From Candidatus Woesearchaeota archaeon (GTDB lineage: Archaea > Nanobdellota > Nanobdellia > Woesearchaeales > JAHJEM01): a DNA stretch of 46,888 bases. Positions 35,856 to 44,078 of the stretch are shown piece by piece. The stretch is from NCBI GenBank assembly GCA_016929855.1, contig JAFGHY010000092.1:1-46888 (forward strand). Direction: 5' to 3'. The notes below the pieces were generated by a model. That model was not told the DNA's origin. It did no database searches and was given only the letters and a program-made list of their open reading frames with translations. Positions within the stretch are counted from its first letter, which is position 1. Each line of letters starts with the position of its first letter. Position numbers and translations under genes: made by a program.

Positions 35856-36760
35856 TGGACTACCTCATCATTCTTCAAATCTTTATTATCTTGATCTTTA
35901 GTTGCTTCTTGTGTACTGGCAGACTTCTCTTCTTCTGCACCCATACATTTTTTGCTCTCACTTCCCGAACCTGGTTTCATGGCCTTGACGGCTTTTTGCT
36001 TGATTTCCTTTTTTAGCTTGGATTCCTTGCGAGCTTGCTTGTCATCAGCAGAACCTTCATAAAAGCTGTCAGCATGATTTTTTTCTTTAGATTCCTTTTC
36101 AGAGGATTCGGGCTTTTCTGACATTTTGGCATCAACCTTAACTTCCTCAACAACAGTCTGAGGCTGAACCAGCAAACTGACTTTATCCGGCAGGACAATG
36201 TCAGACGGCATGATGCTCACCTGGATTCCAACGACACCTGTCTTGAGCCTGGCAATAGCATAAGCTTTCTTCACGCCGGACACTGCAATGTCACCGCACT
36301 TCTTCAAGTAACCCATATAAAACCGCCAGGTTTTGGCTCTTGAACTGGGAATCTTACCAGACAAGAGTATCTCCACCCCTTTTGCACCACCAGACATGAC
36401 AGACAGCATCGCCTTGTGTCCTATTGCTTTGAATCGTGAAGGACCAAACCTCTCCAATGAATTAGCAATCATCTCAGCAACAATACTTGCATCATTAGTG
36501 TGATCCTGGACTTCATTAATCTCAATCTGAGGATTCTCAAGATTAAACTTCTTCTTCAAATCCGCAGTCAACTTTGCAATGTTCGCACCCGCCCTGCCTA
36601 CAACAATCCCGGGCCTTGATGCAGAGACAATAATCTTCTCACCAAGCGGAGTCCTCTGCAGTTTAACTTCACTCAACCCTGCACGGCTAATCTGAGATGC
36701 CACGAACTCCTTGACCTGCAACTCCTTAATATTTTGGGCCACAAATTTTCTTTCAATCAT
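35852..36760 (-). CDS. rps3: 30S ribosomal protein S3 (uS3) with a K/E/S-rich tail of about 90 aa
   Basis: KH-domain N-terminus (KFVAQNIKELQVKEFVASQISRAGLSEVKLQRTPLGEKIIV). The tail starts near VKVDAKMSEKPESSEKESKEK. Confidence 0.9.
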   Translation of the reverse strand: MIERKFVAQNIKELQVKEFVASQISRAGLSEVKLQRTPLGEKIIVSASRPGIVVGRAGANIAKLTADLKKKFNLENPQIEINEVQDHTNDASIVAEMIANSLERFGPSRFKAIGHKAMLSVMSGGAKGVEILLSGKIPSSRAKTWRFYMGYLKKCGDIAVSGVKKAYAIARLKTGVVGIQVSIMPSDIVLPDKVSLLVQPQTVVEEVKVDAKMSEKPESSEKESKEKNHADSFYEGSADDKQARKESKLKKEIKQKAVKAMKPGSGSESKKCMGAEEEKSASTQEATKDQDNKDLKNDEVVQ

Positions 36761-36762
36761 TT

Positions 36763-37371
36763 TTAATCATCACTCTTGGTTTTTCTTTCCATTGAAGTCT
36801 TCTTTGCTTGAAGCTCCATCTTAGTTTTATCCTGCCTAATTTCCGACCTAATTTCCTGCTTAACATCTTTTTTTACCTGCTTTGCTGACTTCTGCTTGAC
36901 AGGCTTCTTATCTGCTTTTGCAACAGACTTTACTTCCTTCAATACAATCTCAATATGTGTCCTCTTCATCTTTCTCCTTCTTAAACGGCCGAAATGCCAT
37001 TGGTCACTGCCTTTGCTGGCCCTGATGTGCTCCACACGCAATTTGCCCAAGCCCTTATTCTCTGCATTAGCTTCGGCTGACTTCAACAAAGATAAAATCC
37101 TCGTACACGCCTTGACAGGATAACGCCCTGAAGCCATGCCCTTTCCAGACCTGTGGCCTAAACCATTGGTAAACCTGGTGAATGCTATCGGCTGTTTCAT
37201 GTCAATCGCCTGCTTCAGTATACGCTCTGCGCCCTCAGATGACTTGTGCCTGATTGCCTCACATATCATGATGGAGTCTTTGATACTGATATCTAAGTCC
37301 CTGCCGACGGCATATGCTAGTTTTTCTTTATCCTCGGATGACGCGTTGTACGCGTATTTGTAATCTGCCAT
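36763..37371 (-). CDS. rpl22: 50S ribosomal protein L22 (uL22) with a Lys-rich tail of about 50 aa
   Basis: Motif AYAVGRDLDISIKDSIMICEAIRHK...GRYPVKACTRILSLLKSAEANAENKGL. Confidence 0.9.
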   Translation of the reverse strand: MADYKYAYNASSEDKEKLAYAVGRDLDISIKDSIMICEAIRHKSSEGAERILKQAIDMKQPIAFTRFTNGLGHRSGKGMASGRYPVKACTRILSLLKSAEANAENKGLGKLRVEHIRASKGSDQWHFGRLRRRKMKRTHIEIVLKEVKSVAKADKKPVKQKSAKQVKKDVKQEIRSEIRQDKTKMELQAKKTSMERKTKSDD

Positions 37372-37437
37372 TTTATCTTTGATTCTCCATCATCTTTTAC
37401 ATTATCTTTGTTCACTATTACCTTACTTGAATGATTC

Positions 37438-37818
37438 TTATTTGACTGAAGAGCTTGCGCTTGACTTTGTGGCCCCTACGCCAGGTGCGCTGTGAGTGCT
37501 TCTTTTTCTTGTGAACACGAGCTCGCCAAAGTATTTGCCAATCATCTCTTCAATCACAGTTATTGAAACGAATTCCTTTCCGTTGTGAATCCTAATGACC
37601 TTGCCAACCATGTTTGGGAAGACAATCATGTCCCTGCAATGAGTCTTGACAACATCCTTTTTCTTGATCTTTTCAAAAAGCTTTTTCTGAGTGTCAGTCA
37701 AACCCCTTTTCAAACTTCTTCTTTGCCTTGATGGCAGTATGTCAGCAAACTGATTAGTGCTCAATTCCTTAAGCTGTTCCAGTCCCAAGCCTTTGTAGGT
37801 AAATTCTTTCTTTGCCAT
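37438..37818 (-). CDS. rps19: 30S ribosomal protein S19 (uS19)
   Basis: Motif VKTHCRDMIVFPNMVGKVIRIHNGKEFVSITV...GELVFTRK. Confidence 0.92.
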   Translation of the reverse strand: MAKKEFTYKGLGLEQLKELSTNQFADILPSRQRRSLKRGLTDTQKKLFEKIKKKDVVKTHCRDMIVFPNMVGKVIRIHNGKEFVSITVIEEMIGKYFGELVFTRKRSTHSAPGVGATKSSASSSVK

Positions 37819-37858
37819 TTTCTTTCACTTCAATATGGTTTTTTGAACATGTTACGAT

Positions 37859-38572
37859 TCAAGACTGTTTTCCAGTCTTTCTTCCAGTTCTCCTAGGTCT
37901 TATAGCCCCAACTTTCCTTCCAGGAGGAGCGTTCTTGGGTGCAGGCTTCGCCTTTGACTTTCTGGAAGTTCTCTTGTTACCGTAAGGATGATCTACGGCA
38001 TTCATTGCGCTTGCACTGACGCTTGGGTAGTACTTGTTCCTGGCTTTCATGGCATGATGCTTCTTACCTGCCTTTAGGAAAGGCTTGTCAGCACGCCCCG
38101 AACCTGCAACTACGCCAACAGTCGCCAAACATTTTGGATTGAAAACCTTCTTTTTCTTAGAAGGCAGGATAACAATGATTTTTGTTGCAGTGTTCGTCAA
38201 AATCCTGGCTGCCTGGCCTGATGACCTGACAAACTTACCGCCATCACCCGGAATGCCTTCAATATTATACACGAACGTCCCTTCAGGAATATCCTTCAAA
38301 TACAACGTGTTACCCAGTGCCAATTCAGCCTTCTCGCCAATATCAACAGTACTGCCGACCTTGTGTCCTTCTGAAGCAGGAATAAAATGCACAGAACCAT
38401 CAGGACACCTTAGCTTAGCAAGAGGAGCACTATGAGCCTGGCTAGGAACAATATCCTCAATCAGTGCAGACTCAACATTAGCTATACCTATTTCAGCTCT
38501 GTATCTGAAGCTTGGCGCCTTGTACGTAGGACTGCCTTTACCCCTTTTCTGTGCAGTGATGTTCTTTCCCAT
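37859..38572 (-). CDS. rpl2: 50S ribosomal protein L2 (uL2)
   Basis: Motifs GKNITAQKRGKGSPTYKAPS and HPYGNKRTSRKSKAKPAPKNAPPGRKVG. 237 aa. Confidence 0.93.
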   Translation of the reverse strand: MGKNITAQKRGKGSPTYKAPSFRYRAEIGIANVESALIEDIVPSQAHSAPLAKLRCPDGSVHFIPASEGHKVGSTVDIGEKAELALGNTLYLKDIPEGTFVYNIEGIPGDGGKFVRSSGQAARILTNTATKIIVILPSKKKKVFNPKCLATVGVVAGSGRADKPFLKAGKKHHAMKARNKYYPSVSASAMNAVDHPYGNKRTSRKSKAKPAPKNAPPGRKVGAIRPRRTGRKTGKQS

Positions 38573-38622
38573 TTTACACTCACTTAATCTTTGCTAATAT
38601 CATAATCTTGCTTGTGCTACAG

Positions 38623-38874
38623 TCACATCAACCCTAGCTTAGTAGCTATGTCAATAGCAGGTGAATCTTGACTAAACTTAACGTATATCCTCGTGTTACC
38701 GCTCTGCCTATCCATCAACTTATTGATCGAGACAATTTTTGCGTTAAACCTTTTCTCAAGCAACTCTTTAATATGCTGCTTTGTAAACTTACCCTCAACC
38801 ACAAACGCCAGTTTGTTCTCTGACTCGAGCATCCTTATTACCTTTTCTGTTGAAACAGGGTAAATTTTCATCAT
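38623..38874 (-). CDS. rpl23: 50S ribosomal protein L23 (uL23)
   Basis: Motif YPVSTEKVIRMLESENKLAFVVEGKFTKQHIKELLEKRFNAKIVSIN. Confidence 0.9.
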   Translation of the reverse strand: MMKIYPVSTEKVIRMLESENKLAFVVEGKFTKQHIKELLEKRFNAKIVSINKLMDRQSGNTRIYVKFSQDSPAIDIATKLGLM

Positions 38875-38881
38875 GTCACTC

Positions 38882-39982
38882 TCAATTCTTCTTAGACCCT
38901 GCTTTTCTGGCAGTTCCTTTCATAAGTATGTCTTTTGCTGCTTTCTCCACAGCAATCTTATCAACACCAGCATCTTCTTGAGCAGTCCTCTTTTCAGGCG
39001 CAACGAACTTTGCTTTATCCATATCCTTTGCAGAAGTTTTTGCTTGGCTTTTAACTTTACTTCCCTTTCCTGGTTTAACTCCCTTCATCACTGTGCCTTC
39101 TTTTGCTTCCTTTTCTTTCTTCATTTTCTTTGAACTCTGAACTGTTTTTTCTTTGACATTCTTTTGCCCTGCATATTCTTTAGTAAAAAAACCTGTGCTT
39201 GAAAGAGTATCAATCGCGCTTTCAGTAAACAAAGCCAGCCTGCCAGGCATTGCCCCTGGTGCGAGCATCCTAATATTCAAGGACTTAACATCAGAAACTT
39301 CAACTCCACTAATGTTTCCTGCGCTTTTGACAAGAGGACAATCATCACCAACAACAAACAAAGGCCCTAAAGGCTGTTTGTACTTTCTACCCCTCATCTT
39401 TCCCTTTCCTGCCCTTATGCTCTTATCAAGCCTTCCAAGCTCCTTGCTAAAGCCAAGCTTAACAAGCATATCGTGCACCTCTTTTGTCTTGGACAAACTT
39501 TGGACAGAATCTTGAAGGATAAAAGGAAAAGAAGAGGGAATCAAATGACCTCTTACCTGAACCAAATTCCTGTTCAAACTTGCGCTCATAGCGCTTCGAA
39601 TAGCCTTTCTGAACTCCTTCTTGTTAATCTTAAGCTCCAAGTCCTTTCCTGACTTTGGAGGGTGAGCCTGCCTGCCACCTACAGTTCCAGGCGCAAAAGC
39701 TCCAACCCAATTCATTCTTGTCCCCCTACGACTAAGGATTTTTCGAGGAACCCTGCTAATCCCAAAACCATAACTACCACGATAATTGTGCCTTCTCCTG
39801 GAGAGCTTGGCACTGGCCCTCTTCCCAGCATCAGGCTTGGCACCATGGGGTTGTCTTCCTGAGAGTTCGTAAACCCGCACTGCCTTCTCAATGATATCTT
39901 CTCGTATTGGCTCGTAGAACTGACTAGGCAATTCCTTCTGACCCACTATAGTGTTCTTTGAGTTCACAATGTCAAGTTTCAT
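38882..39982 (-). CDS. rpl4: 50S ribosomal protein L4 (uL4) with a Lys-rich tail of about 100 aa
   Basis: The uL4 core runs to about residue 260 (GRQPHGAKPDAGKRASAKLSRRRHNYRGSYG...), followed by KEKTVQSSKKMKKEKEAKEG...KAGSKKN. 366 aa in total. Confidence 0.9.
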   Translation of the reverse strand: MKLDIVNSKNTIVGQKELPSQFYEPIREDIIEKAVRVYELSGRQPHGAKPDAGKRASAKLSRRRHNYRGSYGFGISRVPRKILSRRGTRMNWVGAFAPGTVGGRQAHPPKSGKDLELKINKKEFRKAIRSAMSASLNRNLVQVRGHLIPSSFPFILQDSVQSLSKTKEVHDMLVKLGFSKELGRLDKSIRAGKGKMRGRKYKQPLGPLFVVGDDCPLVKSAGNISGVEVSDVKSLNIRMLAPGAMPGRLALFTESAIDTLSSTGFFTKEYAGQKNVKEKTVQSSKKMKKEKEAKEGTVMKGVKPGKGSKVKSQAKTSAKDMDKAKFVAPEKRTAQEDAGVDKIAVEKAAKDILMKGTARKAGSKKN

Positions 39983-40065
39983 TTTGCATCAATTTTGATA
40001 AGTCAATTTTGTCAGTTTTAATTTGGTTTCTGCTATTGATATTATTATTCTGGTCCATTCAAGTT

Positions 40066-41046
40066 TCATCCTTGTTGTGATGATTTTGAAATGTGATTGA
40101 TTGATGGAACAGGGTCTTTCCTCTTCTGGCGAACAGCGGCGGTAAGCACCACCAACCTTTTCTTAGGACCTGGAATGCTACCCCTAACGAGCAAGCAAGG
40201 ATTCTTTGTCATACCATACCTAACAAACCCTCCTTTTGGGTTAAATGGTTCCTCTATAATCTTTATGACTTGGGAATTGAAGTTGACTCGCTGATGAAAC
40301 CCCATCTGACCTGCATGAGCTATCCTATACATGAAATGTCCATGGCCCTTCCACCCACCAAGACTGCCGGGAGTTCTTCGTCCTTTCTCGCTTTTATGCT
40401 TCTTCAGATTGATGCCGAATCTTTTCACAGGACCTTGAAAACCTTTTCCTCGTGTGATTGCATGAGCGTCAATGTAATTGCCTTCTTCAAAAACATCATT
40501 GATACTAATTGGTTTTGTAATATGTTCCTTAATAAATGCTGTTTGTTCTTCTGAACTGCCGCCAATGTGAAGTTCAAAAAGCTCGGGAGTTTTTTTGATA
40601 CCTGTCAAAGAAGGATTTGTGTGAACAAGAGCAGTCAAAAAATGCAGTTTTTCTGTAGAAGCAAAAGAATCAATGTCCTTTTCAGATGCAAACTTGTCAG
40701 ATTTTGGCAAGGGTCTTTTCCTCGCCAAGTGCTTGTCCGGCTTGAACAATGCTTCCTTGCGGACTTGAGGAACACCATCAGATAAGATATATGCCCTGAT
40801 TCCTGCCAATTTCATCGGAGGACACTCAATTACAGTCACAGGCACAACAACATCCTCTCCTTTTGTCGGACTGTTCTTGCGTGCATCAGTACCTATAATA
40901 TGAGTCATTCCTGCCTTGTAGCCTGCAAACCCAAGCAATCCTGCCTTATGAGAGCTCCAACTTCTAATCCTGGGAATCGGCCTTTTAGCCCTCTTTCTAG
41001 GCCAAACACCCATACTACCATGCCTTGGATTGACTCTCTTTGCCAT
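40066..41046 (-). CDS. rpl3: 50S ribosomal protein L3 (uL3)
   Basis: N-terminus RHGSMGVWPRKRAKRPIPRIRSW..AGLLGFAGYKAGMTHI. 326 aa. First gene of the cluster. Confidence 0.93.
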   Translation of the reverse strand: MAKRVNPRHGSMGVWPRKRAKRPIPRIRSWSSHKAGLLGFAGYKAGMTHIIGTDARKNSPTKGEDVVVPVTVIECPPMKLAGIRAYILSDGVPQVRKEALFKPDKHLARKRPLPKSDKFASEKDIDSFASTEKLHFLTALVHTNPSLTGIKKTPELFELHIGGSSEEQTAFIKEHITKPISINDVFEEGNYIDAHAITRGKGFQGPVKRFGINLKKHKSEKGRRTPGSLGGWKGHGHFMYRIAHAGQMGFHQRVNFNSQVIKIIEEPFNPKGGFVRYGMTKNPCLLVRGSIPGPKKRLVVLTAAVRQKRKDPVPSINHISKSSQQG

Positions 41047-41058
41047 GTTATGACCGCC

Positions 41059-41214
41059 TTAGATACAATATTTGCAACATACAATATTTATAGCATAATG
41101 CATAGCATAATGCCGTTTTATGTCGTTTGAAAGGCTCAAAAAGTCTTTTTCATAGAAACAGCTCTCTTGCTGTACTGAAAAAGTCTTTATTTTCAGCCCG
41201 ATTAAATTCCACAT
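41059..41214 (-). CDS. candidate unannotated 51-codon ORF immediately upstream of rpl3 (speculative)
   Basis: ATG at 41214, TAA at 41059-41061. Sequence MWNLIGLKIKTFSVQQESCFYEKDFLSLSNDIKRHYAMHYAINIVCCKYCI. It is below the 60-aa cutoff of the ORF track. A palindromic TATA box lies about 39 nt upstream. It could be a chance ORF in AT-rich spacer. Confidence 0.2.
   Translation of the reverse strand: MWNLIGLKIKTFSVQQESCFYEKDFLSLSNDIKRHYAMHYAINIVCCKYCI
41084..41094 (-). promoter_or_regulatory. TATA-like box for the rpl3 operon
   Basis: The plus strand reads atatttatagc, i.e. GCTATAAATAT on the minus strand. It lies about 43 nt upstream of the rpl3 ATG. The short leader contains AAGGCGGT. Confidence 0.35.
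41091..41114. repeat. 12-bp tandem duplication
   Basis: tagcataatgca immediately followed by tagcataatgcc. Confidence 0.7.
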
Positions 41215-41244
41215 CCGAATTTAACTACTTGCCAGAAAATCCAG

Positions 41245-41264
41245 CCCATTTATAAATGTATGGG
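41245..41264. promoter_or_regulatory. palindromic TATA element flanked by a 5-bp inverted repeat
   Basis: cccat-ttataaatgt-atggg. The core tttataaat matches the TATA boxes seen at other genes in this window, so it could fire in either direction. Confidence 0.3.
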
Positions 41265-41424
41265 TGACAGAATACCCTCTAAAGGTATTTGCAGAAGGAA
41301 GTTATGGAATGCACGTGTAGTAATATGGGCAAATTGAAGCCAAATAATGCTTGTGTTCTAGTACACAGGTTGTTTCTGCTATGCTAACAAGATAATTGAT
41401 ATTCAACCAACAAGAATTTGTAAT

Positions 41425-42336
41425 TTATATGGATGTGCAGTAGAATTTCTCAAAAGTCCTGAATGTTTCACCCTCATCGTCCATAGCATGCATATTATAC
41501 CACACCCTATCACTGAAAGTGGGGCCAAGAGTTGTGGGACTCCACATCCATAGCTTGTGCGTTTCATCACTTTCAAGCTCTTGCTTCTTGCAGTACACTG
41601 CTTGCATATTCCTGCAAGTTTCCAGCTTCTCACACTCTATAGCATCATACTGCTTTCCTTGGTCAATCCAGACTAGCTTGAACTTAGTGTCTGCTTTCTT
41701 TTCAGCCCACTCTTCATATATCTTATTGGCATCAACCCTGACATTAATCCTAAAATTATTCAGCTCATACTCTTTAGAGTACTGCCCATACTTGCTCCTC
41801 AATATCCAGAAAGGATCATATACGTCATCCCCTCCTCTCGCATACGTTGTGTAAGAATTCACATTATAAATGACATCCTGGTCCTTTACATTCTTGAACT
41901 TTGCATTGTACACAGACATCGCAGTCAAAATCTCTGTCCACCTCCACCCAGATATCTCTGGGTAGTTCACATTCTCTGAACTGCCTGCAACATTATCTGC
42001 CAGAGGAGCTGAACTATCATCTGAAATACCTTCAGATTGAGCATTTTTTTCGACATCAGAAACAGCGCCTGCCTCAGTATTGTCTGCTTGGTCTGATTCC
42101 AAGTCAATCTGCGTACCTGATGAAGTTTCATCATCGATCTGGCTGTCTGCGAGCGGAACATCATTACCAGGACATTGAGACTTGTCTTCAACTATGCTAC
42201 CATCTGGACACTTGAAACCAAAATCACCAGTTTTTTGACAGCCAGAAAATACAAAAAAAGCAGGTACAAAGAGCAGAATAACTAATATGTTCAGCAAATA
42301 ATGAGCAAAGATGCTGTGTTTTTCAAGCACTTTCAT
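41425..42336 (-). CDS. hypothetical lipoprotein or secreted protein
   Basis: The signal anchor ends in a lipobox-like FSGC. An acidic S/D/E-rich linker follows, then a W/Y-rich globular domain of about 180 aa. I recognise no family. Confidence 0.65.
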   Translation of the reverse strand: MKVLEKHSIFAHYLLNILVILLFVPAFFVFSGCQKTGDFGFKCPDGSIVEDKSQCPGNDVPLADSQIDDETSSGTQIDLESDQADNTEAGAVSDVEKNAQSEGISDDSSAPLADNVAGSSENVNYPEISGWRWTEILTAMSVYNAKFKNVKDQDVIYNVNSYTTYARGGDDVYDPFWILRSKYGQYSKEYELNNFRINVRVDANKIYEEWAEKKADTKFKLVWIDQGKQYDAIECEKLETCRNMQAVYCKKQELESDETHKLWMWSPTTLGPTFSDRVWYNMHAMDDEGETFRTFEKFYCTSI

Positions 42337-42452
42337 TGAATAAAATTATTGGGTGACATGTATATAAATTATTCGATTATGAGAATATCAATGAGAGAAC
42401 TAATTAAGAGATTATAAGAGATAGAATCCTTGTTAATTTGGTCTGTAGAAAA

Positions 42453-43976
42453 TTAGTCTTGCTTGTTATGCCTAACCCTGCTTCTTGTTTTTTTCTTATT
42501 CTTGATATCAAACATTATCTTTGAATAACTGACAGGATTCTTGATTTTTTGGCACAACCCATTCGGCAAACAAACCCTCAGTTCTTCGTAATAACCTCTG
42601 CAGTTTGGTGGCAGAACAGACTTTTTTACTTGACGATGATACCTAACATGCCCTTTTAAGACGGTCTCGCGCAAAGGTTCCTTGTTCAGCTTATTCCATT
42701 CCACCAGCCTGTCTTGTATGTTTTCATAAGTCCACCCAACATTCCTAAGAAAATTCAGGAGGATGAACAAGCTCCTTTTTCTGCCATCCTCAAGCCCAAG
42801 AAGTATTTTCTTGATACACGGCGGAAAAAATTCCTCTGAAATGGCCTGGTCAGGAATCTCATACTTCTTCTTGGAAGCCAAAGAAACACTTTCAGGATCC
42901 TCAACATCGGGATTGAAATCAAACGCCCTGACAAGAAGATCTGCGGCTTCACCTTTTACAGTATCTTTCTGGTTCAGAAAAACATGATTAAATTCAATAT
43001 TTTCTGGCTTTGCAGAGTTCTTCTCAAACGTCAAAATATCTTTTGTGCTGAAAGGAACTGATACCAAACCAGATTTCTCATGCAGTGAATAAGGCATCCT
43101 ATACATGTGGCGCGGGGCAATCAGCACAGTATCTACTTCAACAATTGAAAGAGGATTAAAAAATTGCCTGAACTCCTTGCTACCACAGGCACACAAAATC
43201 ATTCCTGGAGAGCTTGGTTTGATAATCTTGCCGCACTTGCTGCAGATTTTGTGGTCTTCCTCACCCCGGCTCTCAGAATTCCCGCAATATGGACAAGTAA
43301 AAACATTGTTTAATTCAGTCTTGGGCATGCTTTTCCCGCATTTCACGCATTTCATAGGAAACATGTTCTCATTGGAAACCCCAAACATTATCTGAAGATC
43401 TTCAAAAGAATATTCTTTATTGTCAAAACTAACTGAATCAGGCTTTATTCTGACATAATTTCTCGTGTAATCAAGCAGATACGAGGCCAGACGCCTAGGA
43501 CCCTCTGGAAACAGGTCCTTGATAGAAACATCATTAATTGTTTTTGGAAATGCTTCAAACGCAACACCAATGTGAAAACCTTTATTTCCAGAAAACTTTA
43601 CTGTGACAGAATTGACCCCGTGTTCTTTTATGGCCTTCACAAAAAGATTCGTGATAATTCTCGAAAAGTCCCAGTGCGGACAGTCAATATCCAAAATAAA
43701 ATCCCACCCCTCTCTAATCTCATCCATCTCCTTCCTGGAAATGCCTGAATACAACAGCAGAGGATTAGACCATCTTTCTTCACTGCAATGAAAGCTTGAA
43801 GCTCTCCTCTGCGCAAAGCTCAGAACATCATTAGGGTATGTGATTACATCAGGCCTCTTGCCGAACCGTTCACCAAAAAATACTCCAATTTCCTTCTGCC
43901 TTGCAAAGCCCGCAATAGCCTCGGCAACGTCCTTCCGCTTATAATATGACAGAGTGTAAGATATGTCAACAGCCAT
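42453..43976 (-). CDS. priS: DNA primase: PriS catalytic domain fused to a PriL-CTD-like four-Cys helical domain
   Basis: AEP motifs I (FILDIDCP), II (FSGNKGFHIGV) and III (VEVDTVLIAPRHMYRMPYSLHEKSG). Inserted zinc ribbons (CVKCG..CPYCG, CSKCG..CACG). The C-terminal ~140 aa has FPPCIKKILLGL..GRKRSLFILLNFL plus three more Cys (PPNC, RVC, GLC). Confidence 0.8.
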   Translation of the reverse strand: MAVDISYTLSYYKRKDVAEAIAGFARQKEIGVFFGERFGKRPDVITYPNDVLSFAQRRASSFHCSEERWSNPLLLYSGISRKEMDEIREGWDFILDIDCPHWDFSRIITNLFVKAIKEHGVNSVTVKFSGNKGFHIGVAFEAFPKTINDVSIKDLFPEGPRRLASYLLDYTRNYVRIKPDSVSFDNKEYSFEDLQIMFGVSNENMFPMKCVKCGKSMPKTELNNVFTCPYCGNSESRGEEDHKICSKCGKIIKPSSPGMILCACGSKEFRQFFNPLSIVEVDTVLIAPRHMYRMPYSLHEKSGLVSVPFSTKDILTFEKNSAKPENIEFNHVFLNQKDTVKGEAADLLVRAFDFNPDVEDPESVSLASKKKYEIPDQAISEEFFPPCIKKILLGLEDGRKRSLFILLNFLRNVGWTYENIQDRLVEWNKLNKEPLRETVLKGHVRYHRQVKKSVLPPNCRGYYEELRVCLPNGLCQKIKNPVSYSKIMFDIKNKKKTRSRVRHNKQD

Positions 43977-43995
43977 AAATTATCAGAAAACTCCT

Positions 43996-44010
43996 GTTTT
44001 TTAAATAATT
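43996..44010 (-). promoter_or_regulatory. TATA-like box for the primase gene
   Basis: The plus strand reads gttttttaaataatt, centred about 28 nt upstream of the ATG at 43976. Confidence 0.35.
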
Positions 44011-44078
44011 TGGTAGAATACTTTGATGGCTTGCCCTTAATGAGACACAACCCCTGCCAAATATATTTTGGAACTACT

